In this document: positions 50,281-60,486 of the stretch, in pieces
How the letters are laid out: every line of letters starts with the position of its first letter
Numbering within the stretch: position 1 is the first letter of the stretch
Assembly (NCBI GenBank): GCA_934394855.1
Contig: CAKRRH010000009.1
Coordinates: forward strand, 1 to 60,898
Length of the DNA stretch: 60,898 nucleotides
Source: an uncultured Eubacteriales bacterium
GTDB taxonomy: Bacteria; Bacillota; Clostridia; Oscillospirales; Acutalibacteraceae
Direction: 5' to 3'
Made by a program: the position numbers and the translations under genes
Notes under the pieces: generated by a model
Told to the model about the DNA's origin: nothing
What the model saw: the letters and a program-made list of their open reading frames with translations, nothing else
Databases searched by the model: none

Positions 50281-51048
50281 ATGTCGTCAAAACTAACGGT
50301 ACAAAGAAAATTTATGCAAAAAACAATCAATTCGGGAAGGAATGAGCATATAATGGATAATAAGCCGTTAGACGATTCAAAAAGAGAGAAAAGAATTCGC
50401 AAAATGAGTATGTGCGTGTCGCTGTTTGTCTGCATTGCGGCACTCGCTCTCGGATTTTGGTCGGCAATCAACCGAACCGCAAAGCTGACGGGAAACGCAA
50501 CAACCGCTCATCATACTTATGTTTCAAGCGTTAAACAGGTTGAGCAAAATCAGATAAAGGTCAAGGCACCGACAAAATCGACTGAAAATGATGAAGTCAT
50601 TACCGAAAAAACGACCGAAGAAATTGACACAACCGCAAATTTCTTTTCAATTCCGGTCGGCGGCAAAATCACAAAGCAATATGACGAAAAGCAGCTGCAA
50701 TATTCCAACACATATAAGGATTGGCGGCTTCATCTCGGAATCGACATCACCGCAAAGGAAAATGCCGATGTTCATTCGGCAGGCAACGGCAAGGTAAAGT
50801 CGGTGAGCAATGACCCGCTTCTCGGTCAGGTAGTTGAAATCGACCACGGCAACGGAATCGTCGCATATTACTGCGGTCTGAAAACTCCGACGGTAAAAGC
50901 TGGTGACTTAGTCGAAATCGGCAACACAATCGGAAGCATCGGCAGTGCGCCGTTTGAATCTGTTGACGCAGATCATCTTCATTTTGAAGTTAAAGTTAAC
51001 GGAAAGTATGCCGATCCGTTCAAGGCAATGAACCTCAAATCAGAATAA
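50281..51048 (+). CDS. M23 family metallopeptidase with N-terminal TM anchor (SpoIIQ-like architecture)
   Basis: LytM domain with HxxxD (HLGIDI) and HxH (HLHFEV). Start may be internal (MDNKPLDD at 50354). Confidence 0.7.
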   Translation: MSSKLTVQRKFMQKTINSGRNEHIMDNKPLDDSKREKRIRKMSMCVSLFVCIAALALGFWSAINRTAKLTGNATTAHHTYVSSVKQVEQNQIKVKAPTKSTENDEVITEKTTEEIDTTANFFSIPVGGKITKQYDEKQLQYSNTYKDWRLHLGIDITAKENADVHSAGNGKVKSVSNDPLLGQVVEIDHGNGIVAYYCGLKTPTVKAGDLVEIGNTIGSIGSAPFESVDADHLHFEVKVNGKYADPFKAMNLKSE

Positions 51049-51227
51049 AACCTGCCTCCGTTTCGTTTAGGGGCAGCCGCACTGACGGTCAAACATGAAT
51101 CATGAACGACCGTCGGTGCGTTTTTTCATATAACCGCATTTTGCAATCATTATTTATATTGCAATTTGGCTCTTTCGCTGATATAATAAACTCATCAAAA
51201 ATATATCGGAAGGGACTACATATTATA

Positions 51228-52448
51228 ATGAAAAGCTCATATCACTCAAAATCGCTGTTAGCGTCATTATTATGCCTTGCACTCATAATCTGCACCGCCT
51301 TTTCAGGCTGCGCACCGTCTGCAAGAGATAAAAGCGGTGCAAATTCCGATGAGAATTCATCAAGTCCATATAAAGCATATAACGACACGCAGAAGTTTTT
51401 GCAAAACATCAAGGTCGGCTGGAATCTCGGAAACACCTTTGAAGCCACCGGCAGATGGGGTGAAGAATGGAACGATTCATACAGCGTGAACGACGTGGAA
51501 ACGGGTTGGGGAAACCCGACCACCACAAAAGCCATGTTTGACAAGGTGAAAAAGACAGGATTTAATGCGGTGAGAATTCCTGCGACATGGTATCGTCACA
51601 CCGATGTTGAAAATGCGACATATACCATAAAAAAGGATTATCTAGAACGAATCAAGCAGGTCGTTGACTTTGCAATAGACAACGATATGTATGTCATCCT
51701 CAATATGCATCATGACGATAAGGATTGGCTCGACATTTCGGCAAACGATGAAAAATGGGCGGCAGTCAAAAATGAATATGCCCAAATTTGGACTCAAATC
51801 GCCGAGCAGTTTAAAAATTATGACGAACGCCTCATTTTAGAGGGTGCAAACGAAATCGTGCTCTACACCGGCGTTGACGAAAACGGCAACAAGCAATATG
51901 ACTGGTGGGGTCAGGACGACCAAACCTTTGAGCGTGTAAATGAATTGTATCAGGTATTTGTCGATACTGTCAGAAAGTCGGGCGGCAAAAACGATAAACG
52001 CTATTTGATGATTCCGACCTACGGCGCACAGTGGTATCAGCACCAGATCGAGAAAATCATAATACCGAACGGCGACGAACGTGTAATCGTCGATGTCCAT
52101 TGGTACACCGACGAAGCGGACGAAACAAAGGTACGGGATACGCTTAAAGTAATCTATGATTATTGCTCATATTTTGAAATGCCGGTTGTTTTGGGCGAAT
52201 GCGGAATCCGAAAGGCAATGACCGAGGAGCAAAAGCAAAACTGGGCAAATAATTATATCAAAATTGCCTCAAACATGGGTCTTAGGTGCTTCATTTGGGA
52301 CGACGGCGGAGATTATCAGGTGCTTGACCGAAACACTGTCAGCTGGGTATCGGACAGCTTTGTCGAGTCAGTTGTCAAAAATGCCGTCGATGTCGGATCA
52401 GTCCCTGAGCCGACAAGTGAAGCATTTGATGAAATCGACAGCGAATAA
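51228..52448 (+). CDS. Glycoside hydrolase family 5 lipoprotein (endo-beta-1,4-glycanase)
   Basis: Lipobox LIICTAFSGC; GH5 motifs GWNLGNTFEA, NEP-type catalytic acid (EGANE), nucleophile GECG; track start extended. Confidence 0.8.
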   Translation: MKSSYHSKSLLASLLCLALIICTAFSGCAPSARDKSGANSDENSSSPYKAYNDTQKFLQNIKVGWNLGNTFEATGRWGEEWNDSYSVNDVETGWGNPTTTKAMFDKVKKTGFNAVRIPATWYRHTDVENATYTIKKDYLERIKQVVDFAIDNDMYVILNMHHDDKDWLDISANDEKWAAVKNEYAQIWTQIAEQFKNYDERLILEGANEIVLYTGVDENGNKQYDWWGQDDQTFERVNELYQVFVDTVRKSGGKNDKRYLMIPTYGAQWYQHQIEKIIIPNGDERVIVDVHWYTDEADETKVRDTLKVIYDYCSYFEMPVVLGECGIRKAMTEEQKQNWANNYIKIASNMGLRCFIWDDGGDYQVLDRNTVSWVSDSFVESVVKNAVDVGSVPEPTSEAFDEIDSE

Positions 52449-52477
52449 TAATAATAATTAAAGGAATAATAAAAATT

Positions 52478-53716
52478 ATGAAACGATATTTTAGTATATT
52501 GCTGTGCTTGTCAATGCTGTTGTCGCTGATGCTTTGCGGCTGCGGCGACAATAATGACGCTCAGCCGACCACGATCAAGGCAACGCAAACATCAACCGCA
52601 ACGGTTGCGGCAACAACGGTTGTGACAACAAAAGCAACAGCCGCAAAAACTACCGAAGAATATATTCCCGATGAGGTTGAAAAAACCACGCAAAAGCCTA
52701 AATTGACCGAGGCAATGAAATTTGCGCAAAAGATAAAATGCGGGTGGAACCTCGGAAACACGCTTGAAGCCACAGGCAGAAGAAGCGGAACATTGCCAGA
52801 AAAATATTCGGTCACCGACATCGAAACCGGTTGGGGCAACCCGAAAACCACAAAAGCAATGTTTGACAAGGTAAAATCGGCAGGCTTTAACGCGGCACGA
52901 ATCCCGGTTTCATGGTGCAGATTCATCAACAAAAAGAACGGCAAATATGTCATTCGTGAAGATTTTCTGAAAAGAGTCAAGGAAGTGGTAAACTATGGCT
53001 ACAACAACGGAATGTATGTCATAATCAACATTCACCACGATGACGCTTATGAAGAATGGCTGCATATTTCGGGAAGCGATTCGGAATTTTCATCAGTCAA
53101 AACCGAATTCAAGCAAATTTGGACGCAAATCGCCAACTATTTCAAAAGCTATGGCGAACGGTTGATTTTTGAAATGGCAAATGAGCCGATCGGCTATTAT
53201 GACGACGGCACGGGCGATTGGAACGGCGGCGAGCCGCAATATTTTGTTCGGCTTGACGAGCTGTATAAAATATTTGTAAACACGGTTCGTGCAACGGGCG
53301 GCAACAATAAATCACGCTATTTGATGATTCCGACCTACGGTGCTCAAAGCGGCAGTCAGATCTATTATGTAAAAATCCCGAACAACGACGCTCATGTGCT
53401 TGTTGACATTCATTATTACACCGACGGAACAAATCAGGGTGCGCTTGAAGATAAATTCAAGCAAATCGCCGAATATGGCAGAGAAAACGGGATTGCCTTC
53501 ATTCTCGGCGAATGCGGAATCAGAGCAAACTCGGATCCCGACACTCTTTCAATGTGGACGCTTGCATTTGTCCGAACAGCGTCGGAATATGGCTTGCGGT
53601 GTTTTGTTTGGGACGACGGCGGAGATTATCAGGTGCTCGACCGAAAAGGACTCACTTGGGTCAACAGCGCATATGTCAGTTCGTTTGTAAAAAATGCGGT
53701 CAAAATGTCAAAATAA
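52478..53716 (+). CDS. Glycoside hydrolase family 5 lipoprotein (tandem paralog)
   Basis: Lipobox LMLCGCG; GWNLGNTLEA, MANEP, GECG. Confidence 0.8.
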   Translation: MKRYFSILLCLSMLLSLMLCGCGDNNDAQPTTIKATQTSTATVAATTVVTTKATAAKTTEEYIPDEVEKTTQKPKLTEAMKFAQKIKCGWNLGNTLEATGRRSGTLPEKYSVTDIETGWGNPKTTKAMFDKVKSAGFNAARIPVSWCRFINKKNGKYVIREDFLKRVKEVVNYGYNNGMYVIINIHHDDAYEEWLHISGSDSEFSSVKTEFKQIWTQIANYFKSYGERLIFEMANEPIGYYDDGTGDWNGGEPQYFVRLDELYKIFVNTVRATGGNNKSRYLMIPTYGAQSGSQIYYVKIPNNDAHVLVDIHYYTDGTNQGALEDKFKQIAEYGRENGIAFILGECGIRANSDPDTLSMWTLAFVRTASEYGLRCFVWDDGGDYQVLDRKGLTWVNSAYVSSFVKNAVKMSK

Positions 53717-53731
53717 TAATTTATATATAAT

Positions 53732-53765
53732 AAATCCGAGGAGAAATTCATCTCCTCGGATTTTT
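53732..53765. terminator. Bidirectional terminator
   Basis: aaatccgaggagaaattcatctcctcggattttt. Confidence 0.8.
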
Positions 53766-53769
53766 CGTT

Positions 53770-54945
53770 TTATGAAAACAGCTTTACACATTCATTTATC
53801 TGACTGTCGCTTTTATCATCCAAAAAATAGAACCGTTTTGATTCATCTTCCGATAGCTCGACCTCAACATCGGGCTCTAATCCCTTTTTGTGATATGTTT
53901 CGCCCGATTTATCCACAACATATGCGGTTGTGAATTTGACTGCCGACGAATCGCTGAGTTCATAGGTTGTTTGCATGATCCCTTTGCCAAAGGTCTTTGT
54001 CCCGACAATTTTTCCTCGCTCATTATCACGAATCGCACAAGCAAAAATCTCCGACGCCGACGCACTGTATCCGTTTACAAGCACACAAAGCGGTGTGTCG
54101 TCCATGTTCTTGTCTGAATGCCCGATCACGCTGATTTTGCCGTCATTATACCGCACCCTGCAAGTGTCGCACTCACCGAGCAATTCATCAAGCACGGCGG
54201 TACAAGCGTCAACCGAACCGCCGAGATTGTTTCGCAGGTCAATTATGAACCCCTTGACCTTTTCGCTTTTGAGCGATTTAACCGCATCATCAAACTGCTC
54301 TTTTGTCGTGTCGTCAAATGTCGTAATATTTATAATTCCGAGATTCTCATATGTCCGCCAATTAACCGAATCTGCGGTGTAATCGGCACATTTTAGCCGA
54401 ATGTCGATTGTTTTTCCGCCACGCAAAATTTTTAGCGAAACATCTTTTCCTTCCTCACCCGAAATCTCTTTTACAAAATCATCGGTAGTCTTGCCCTTTG
54501 CCGAAATGCCGTTATATTCTGTCACAACATCATATTTTTTAAGCCCCGCTTTAGCCGCAGGCGACTGCCGATTGACATATATCACCGTGATTTCGCCGCT
54601 TGTCGGGTCAGCCGCAATGTTAACTCCGATTCCGAACCGACCGCCTGCCGTGTCCTTTTTGTTCTCCGCCTCATTTTCAACCGAAAAATATTCGGCGTAA
54701 TCATCTTCAAGCGTTGACAAATAGCCCGAAGCAGCATTGTCCGCGGCTTTCTCAAAATCATAGTCATCAACATATTTATGCCCGACATACATATCGACCT
54801 GTGCCATTTTTGAGAGCAACGACACTTGAGACGGCAGTCTTGTCACATCAATTTTGAATACGAAACAAACAACCGCCAATGTCAGAACAATGCTGACACA
54901 GGATGTCACGGCATATCCGCCTATCCGACGCCCTTTTTTCATCAA
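53770..54945 (-). CDS. S41 family C-terminal processing peptidase (CtpA/CtpB-like)
   Basis: N-terminal TM, PDZ, S41 catalytic region (VLVNGYSASASEIFA...GTKTFGKG). Confidence 0.85.
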   Translation of the reverse strand: MMKKGRRIGGYAVTSCVSIVLTLAVVCFVFKIDVTRLPSQVSLLSKMAQVDMYVGHKYVDDYDFEKAADNAASGYLSTLEDDYAEYFSVENEAENKKDTAGGRFGIGVNIAADPTSGEITVIYVNRQSPAAKAGLKKYDVVTEYNGISAKGKTTDDFVKEISGEEGKDVSLKILRGGKTIDIRLKCADYTADSVNWRTYENLGIINITTFDDTTKEQFDDAVKSLKSEKVKGFIIDLRNNLGGSVDACTAVLDELLGECDTCRVRYNDGKISVIGHSDKNMDDTPLCVLVNGYSASASEIFACAIRDNERGKIVGTKTFGKGIMQTTYELSDSSAVKFTTAYVVDKSGETYHKKGLEPDVEVELSEDESKRFYFLDDKSDSQINECVKLFS

Positions 54946-55064
54946 AAATCAGTGCCTTTCATAACAAAAGCCGCCTCGAAAAACGGTATCAAACCCAAAT
55001 TCCCCCGAGTACGGCTTATTGTTTTTATTATATGATTATATTTTCAAAATATGAGCAATAAATC

Positions 55065-56298
55065 TTAGAAACAGCTAAGCGGATTGATGTCGTTGCCGTT
55101 TACCCACACTTCAAAATGAAGGTGCGGTCCGGTCGAATTACCCGTGCTTCCGCAACGGGCAATCAGCTGACCCTGTTCAACATGATCGCCTTCGCTCACA
55201 AGCAAGGTCTGGCAATGTGCATAGAGCGTGTTGATTCGGTCGCCGTCCTTCAGACCGTGGTCAATTACAAGACAGTTACCATAGCTGCGGTTGCTCCATG
55301 TCGCTCTTACGACAGTACCCGATGCGGCGGCATAAATCGGCTTGCCGAGCGCACCCGAACAAGTGATGTCGATTCCTGTGTGGTTTGCATATCCGTAATA
55401 ACCGCATGAAATGTAATATGATGACTGGAACGGCCAAACAAATCCGAATGATGATACTGCGCCGTTTGAGTTGCCGCCTGAACCGCCGTTGCCGGAATTA
55501 CTGTTTCCGCCATTCATCTGATTGTTATTATTGCTGTTAGCCATTGCCGCTGCCTTAAGTTCTTCCCTCATCTTAGCCTTAGCCGCCGCAATCTCTTCCG
55601 ATTCGCTTTCAAGGTCGGATTGCTGTGAGCTGATCGAAGATGAATTTGCCTGAGCCTTTTGATAATCGGCGTCAAGCTCATTTTGCTTATCAACAAGGCT
55701 TGCTTTCATTTCAGCCGCGTCTTTTTTATCCGATTCGATCTCTTTTTTGAGTTTGTTGATCTCTTTAATGTCGTTGTTCAGCTTTTGCATAAGCTCGGTA
55801 TCGTGCTTTGTAACACCGCGCATAAGCTCCGCCTTTGCAAGATAATCCGCATAACTGTCGGCACTCAGCAAAACCTGAAGCTCGCTGTTTGAGCCCGCAA
55901 TATAAATTGCACGGAGGCGCTCTTTCAAAGTGTCTTTTGCCTCATCAATTTCCTTTTGCTTTGCGCTGATTTTCTTTTCGGCCTCGTCCATCTTCTCATT
56001 TAATGCGTCGATAGTATCATTAACAAGACTGATCTGCTTTTCAAGATTATCGATTTTTTCTTTAAGCGCACTTGCAATATCGTCTGCCTCTGCTTTGTCG
56101 TCCTCAAGCTTCGACAGCTTATTTTTGATTTCCTGCTCGCGCTGTTCATATTGGCTGATTTTGTCTTTCATCTGCGAAGTGCTGAGCGCTTGCGCTTTCG
56201 GTGCCGGCATTGACGCAATGCAAAAACAAACCGCTCCGGCAATCGCAACCGTAACCGTTTTTTGAATAATTCCCGATATTTTTTTATTAAAACGCACG
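55065..56298 (-). CDS. M23 peptidase with long N-terminal coiled coil (EnvC/FtsEX-associated type)
   Basis: Coiled coil residues ~50-280, Gly/Asn/Ser linker, LytM domain with HTGIDI and HLHFEV. Start assigned to GTG 56298 after AGGAAGG (track start overlaps ftsX by 100 nt). Confidence 0.75.
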
Positions 56299-57207
56299 GA
56301 ACTCACTGCCTTCCTTTTTAAGATATTTTCCGATTGAGAACATACTTCCCACAACGCCCGAGAACATTCCGAGAATGCAAAATGCAAGGAACATCCAACC
56401 GGCGATATTCATAAATCCTATCGGTGAAAATCCCGAAATCGTGACTCGGCCGACAAGGAAATTGTAAACAAAATAGAGCAAAACCGTTGTAATCAGCGCC
56501 GAGATTATACCGAAAACCATACCTTCGACGATAAACGGTATTCTTACAAAGCTGTTCGTTGCGCCGACCGCTTTCATAATGCTTATCTCAAGCTTTCTTG
56601 AGTTCATTGTAATGCGAATCGTGTTTGCGATTATCACAAGCGCAGTTACCATCAGCAATGCGATTATTGCAACTCCCGCAATAGTTACCGTTCTGCGGAC
56701 AGATACGATATATGAAGTCATTTCGCTGGAATCGTTGATGTGATCGACTCCCTTGACTGCCTTGATCTGCTTGATCGTTTCCGAATATTTTTCAAGATCG
56801 TCAAACGAAACCTGAACGCCATAGGGCAAGAACGATCCGCTTGAATCCTCGTTGTCAAGATAGTTGAACAAATCTTCATATTGCTCGCCCATGTCCTGCA
56901 TAAGCGAATCCATTCCCTCTTGTTTGGTAATGAATTTCGCCGATTTGACATTGTCAAGCCCCTTGATCGTTTCATATGCCGTTTTTGCTTCCGCTTCGGT
57001 CGCGTTTTGCGAAGTATATACAAGCACGACATTTTGATCGGACAGCGTGCCGAGCGCTTTGTCAACATTCAGCGAAAAGAGCGTTGCCGCGCCCATTAGG
57101 AGCATACACGCAACAAGAACGCCGACCGACGCTACCGACATCAGTCTGTTTATCCAAATATTTTTAAATCCCTCTTTAAGAAGGTATCTTAAGCTTCTGA
57201 ATTTCAT
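56287..57207 (-). CDS. ftsX: Cell division protein FtsX
   Basis: 4-TM permease-like with large extracellular loop; downstream of ftsE. Confidence 0.85.
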   Translation of the reverse strand: MKFRSLRYLLKEGFKNIWINRLMSVASVGVLVACMLLMGAATLFSLNVDKALGTLSDQNVVLVYTSQNATEAEAKTAYETIKGLDNVKSAKFITKQEGMDSLMQDMGEQYEDLFNYLDNEDSSGSFLPYGVQVSFDDLEKYSETIKQIKAVKGVDHINDSSEMTSYIVSVRRTVTIAGVAIIALLMVTALVIIANTIRITMNSRKLEISIMKAVGATNSFVRIPFIVEGMVFGIISALITTVLLYFVYNFLVGRVTISGFSPIGFMNIAGWMFLAFCILGMFSGVVGSMFSIGKYLKKEGSEFRAF

Positions 57208-57318
57208 CAGATATTCCTTTCCGTTTAGTTTGCATAAATCAACCGAACATAATAATGCTCAAATGTTCGATCATGCACTATATCGAAATTTGATTATTTA
57301 TAAAGCTATTCTTAAAAA

Positions 57319-58047
57319 TCAGCCGATTTCACCGTCGGCATTATCCGCCACGATTTTACCCTTTTCGAGCATGATTACTCGGCGGTTAAAATCACGCACG
57401 AGCTGGTGTTCATGAGTTACCATGACAATAGTCGTGCCTCTGCGGTTGATTTCGGTAAGCAGCTCCACAATTTCATATGACATCTCCGGGTCAACATTAC
57501 CCGTAGGCTCATCCGCAATGATAAGCGACGGATTATTTACAAGCGCTCTTGCAAGACCGACTCTCTGACGCTCACCGCCCGACAGCTCCATTGGGAATGC
57601 TCTTGCTTTGCCGCCGAGCCCGACCATCGAAAGCGCATTTGCCACTTTTCGTCTGATTTCACGGTTAGACGCACCGACAACACGAAGTGTGAACGCAACA
57701 TTGTCAAAAACATTCATCGTGTTGATGATTCTGAAATCCTGGAACACAATTCCCATTGTTCTGCGAAGATAAGGAATCTCTCTGTCCTTGATCTTGCTCA
57801 TTTTATAGCCGTTGACAATGACCTCACCGGCATTCGGCTTTTCCTCTCTCATGATCAGCTTAATAAAGGTGGATTTTCCGGCGCCCGACGCACCGACTAC
57901 GAAAACAAACTCACCTTTATATATTTTTATATTAACATCATTAAGTGCGTGTGTGCCTGTGTTGTATGTTTTTGACACGCCCTTGAACTCAATAAGAGGA
58001 CGATCGTTGTCTTCCAATATTTGAACAGTCCTGTTGATGATAAACAC
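57319..58047 (-). CDS. ftsE: Cell division ATP-binding protein FtsE
   Basis: Walker A GASGAGKST, ABC signature LSGGERQR, Walker B IIADEP. Start codon uncertain (GTG 58047 abuts the GGAGA RBS). Confidence 0.9.
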   Translation of the reverse strand: MFIINRTVQILEDNDRPLIEFKGVSKTYNTGTHALNDVNIKIYKGEFVFVVGASGAGKSTFIKLIMREEKPNAGEVIVNGYKMSKIKDREIPYLRRTMGIVFQDFRIINTMNVFDNVAFTLRVVGASNREIRRKVANALSMVGLGGKARAFPMELSGGERQRVGLARALVNNPSLIIADEPTGNVDPEMSYEIVELLTEINRRGTTIVMVTHEHQLVRDFNRRVIMLEKGKIVADNADGEIG

Positions 58048-58277
58048 TCTCCTTTTTAAAAATTTAATTCATATTATTAAACTTGTCCGCAAAAATCGGA
58101 CTAATCGGAAAATCTGTGATAAAATGTGATGTCATGGGTAAAATTTGCCGAAAAATAACGCAAAAAAGCAGACAATAAATTTATTAAATTCATGTCTGCT
58201 GTTCGGACACGGTTATCCGACAAGATTTCCCCCTATAAATATTAAATTACAAAGTATGTCTGAAAACCGGTTTATTA

Positions 58278-59366
58278 TCAGAACTTGACCGGATTTGATG
58301 TCAGATATTTCTTAACCATCAGCGCAATTTTGAAAACGATTGCGTCTTCAAATTCACGAAGGTCAAGACCTGTCAGCTTTTTGATCTTCTCAAGTCTGTA
58401 AACAAGCGTATTTCTGTGAACAAACAGCTTTCTTGATGTTTCCGAAACATTGAGGTTGTTCTCAAAGAATTTCTGGATCGTGAACAATGTTTCCTGGTCA
58501 AGGCTCTCAATCGAACCGCGTTTGAACACTTCTCTTAAAAATGTATCGCAAAGCGTTGTCGGCAGCTGATAGATAAGTCTTGCAATGCCGAGATTTTCAT
58601 AGCTCACGATTGCCTTTTCGGTGTCAAACACTTTGCCGACTTCCAACGCAACCTGCGACTCTTTGAATGAGCGTGCAAGATCACGGATTCCGTCGATTAT
58701 CGTGCCGATTCCGACAAGACTGTGAGTATAGAACTCGCTTGAAAGTGTGTCAACGATTGAACGGGCAAGCTTTTCAAGGTCACCCGGATCGGTATTTTTC
58801 TTAACTTCCTTAACAAGCGCAATTTCCTGATCGCTGATATTAACAATGAAGTCCTTTTGCTTGTCCGGGAACAGATTTTGAATTACATCATAAACCGAAA
58901 CATCGTTTTTGGTTATGGTTCTGATGAGCAAAACGGCGTGCGACGCTTCAAGGTTAAAACGAAGCTCACGAGCCTTGATGTAAATGTCGCCCGGCAAAAT
59001 ATTGTCAAGTATGATGTTTTTAACAAAATTCGCCCTGTCGTATTTTTCGTCAAAGAATTGCTTTACATTTGCAAGCGACACCGCCATGAGCGATACAAAC
59101 TTGACCGCTTCTTCGTCGGTTCCCTCAACAAACATAACATATTCCGGAGCGCCACCGAGCGTACCAAACGGTTTATATGTAAAATTGCCGCGGGTAAATG
59201 TGTCGGAAAAGTTGATTATGTCGGATACGCTGAAATCAACCGACTCGCCGACCATTCCCAATTCACTGCACGCAGCTATTACAGAATTTTCATCTACAAC
59301 GCCGACCGTTCTGTCGATTGCGTCGCGCATTTGATGAACTACTCCCTGAAAAAGACGATTTGACAT
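58278..59366 (-). CDS. PucR/CdaR family transcriptional regulator
   Basis: C-terminal PucR HTH ETSRKLFVHRNTLVYRLEKIKKLTGLD. Confidence 0.75.
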   Translation of the reverse strand: MSNRLFQGVVHQMRDAIDRTVGVVDENSVIAACSELGMVGESVDFSVSDIINFSDTFTRGNFTYKPFGTLGGAPEYVMFVEGTDEEAVKFVSLMAVSLANVKQFFDEKYDRANFVKNIILDNILPGDIYIKARELRFNLEASHAVLLIRTITKNDVSVYDVIQNLFPDKQKDFIVNISDQEIALVKEVKKNTDPGDLEKLARSIVDTLSSEFYTHSLVGIGTIIDGIRDLARSFKESQVALEVGKVFDTEKAIVSYENLGIARLIYQLPTTLCDTFLREVFKRGSIESLDQETLFTIQKFFENNLNVSETSRKLFVHRNTLVYRLEKIKKLTGLDLREFEDAIVFKIALMVKKYLTSNPVKF

Positions 59367-59544
59367 AATTTACACGACCATTCCTTTCATCGCCGAGATA
59401 CATTTGACAAATTGCACAAAAGCGCATTTGTAATATATGCCGACGCTTTGGGTATATGATTTTTATAACATTATCCCAATAAAGCGAAATAATATATATA
59501 CATTTTACACAAAACGGAACGGTTTTTCAAGCATATTTCTCTTT

Positions 59545-59575
59545 TTTTCAAAGAAAAAGCCGAAAATCGGCTGTC
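59545..59575 (-). terminator. Terminator after rlmA
   Basis: Minus strand aaaatgacagccgattttcggctttttctttg. Confidence 0.5.
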
Positions 59576-59648
59576 ATTTTCGCCAAATTTAACAATTTGT
59601 TCATAAACTGCCGCAGTTTTAGTAAGTTATTAACAAAAATTCTCGCTA

Positions 59649-60486
59649 TTATGTGTATGTTTTTTTATAAACACAAACACAAAAATGCACTTTTGTCGAT
59701 AAATTTGTCAAATTTCCTAAACGGTTTTGGCTTTCTTTAGACGATTTATAATAATATGGTGTCATTTTAAACAAATCGCCGATCGTTTGACCGTCGTCCA
59801 TCGTAATTTCATATTCAAGCTCACGGCTGTCGATCATCTCAAAGCCATCAAGCGACAGATCCTCGACATCCTCGTTGCGCACTTCGTCATAAATCGCCTG
59901 TTTTAAGCCTATCAAATGATTTTTCCTTGCAAACGCTCTTATCACAATGCCGTCATTCTTGATGACCCGTGAAAATTCGCTTGCCAAAAACGGAGCGAAT
60001 ATATTAACAAGGCAGTCAACAATGCTATCTCCGATCGGCAGTTTAAATGCGCTTGCGACCGCAAACTCAGCGGTGACATCATCACGGCACACCCGCTTAT
60101 TTGCAAATCTTAGCGCTTGTTTTGAGATGTCGATTCCGATAATCTTGTCAAAGCCTGCGTTTTTTGAAATTATGTCGGTATAATAGCCCTCACCGCAGCC
60201 GATGTCCGCCAAAACACCGCCGCTCGGACAATGTTCTTTCGCAAGAGAAGCAACGGCGTTTGCAAGCGGCAAATAATAATCCTTGTCTAAAAAGTCACGG
60301 CGAGCCGTTACCATCAGCGTGTCGTCGCCATGCCGCTTTGATTTTGACGAATTGCTCTGCAAAAGGTTCACCGTGCCGAATTTCGATATGTCGAAACAGT
60401 GGTTGTTCTCGCATCGATAGCTCTTTTCGTCATGTTCCATTTCACCGCCGCATACCGGACAGCTAAGTAATGATTTTTTCTGCACC
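59649..60486 (-). CDS. rlmA: 23S rRNA (guanine745-N1)-methyltransferase RlmA-like
   Basis: Zinc ribbon CPVCGG...CENNHCFD then SAM-MTase motif I LADIGCGEGYY. Start assigned to GTG 60486 after GAGGTGGAG; the AT-rich 40-codon extension in the track is rejected. Confidence 0.7.

Noticed and set aside
50281-51048. Calling the hrcA-divergent M23 protein SpoIIQ
   Set aside because: The architecture (N-terminal TM plus LytM) fits, but catalytic His residues are intact and no spoIIIA context is in the window; kept as generic M23 peptidase.
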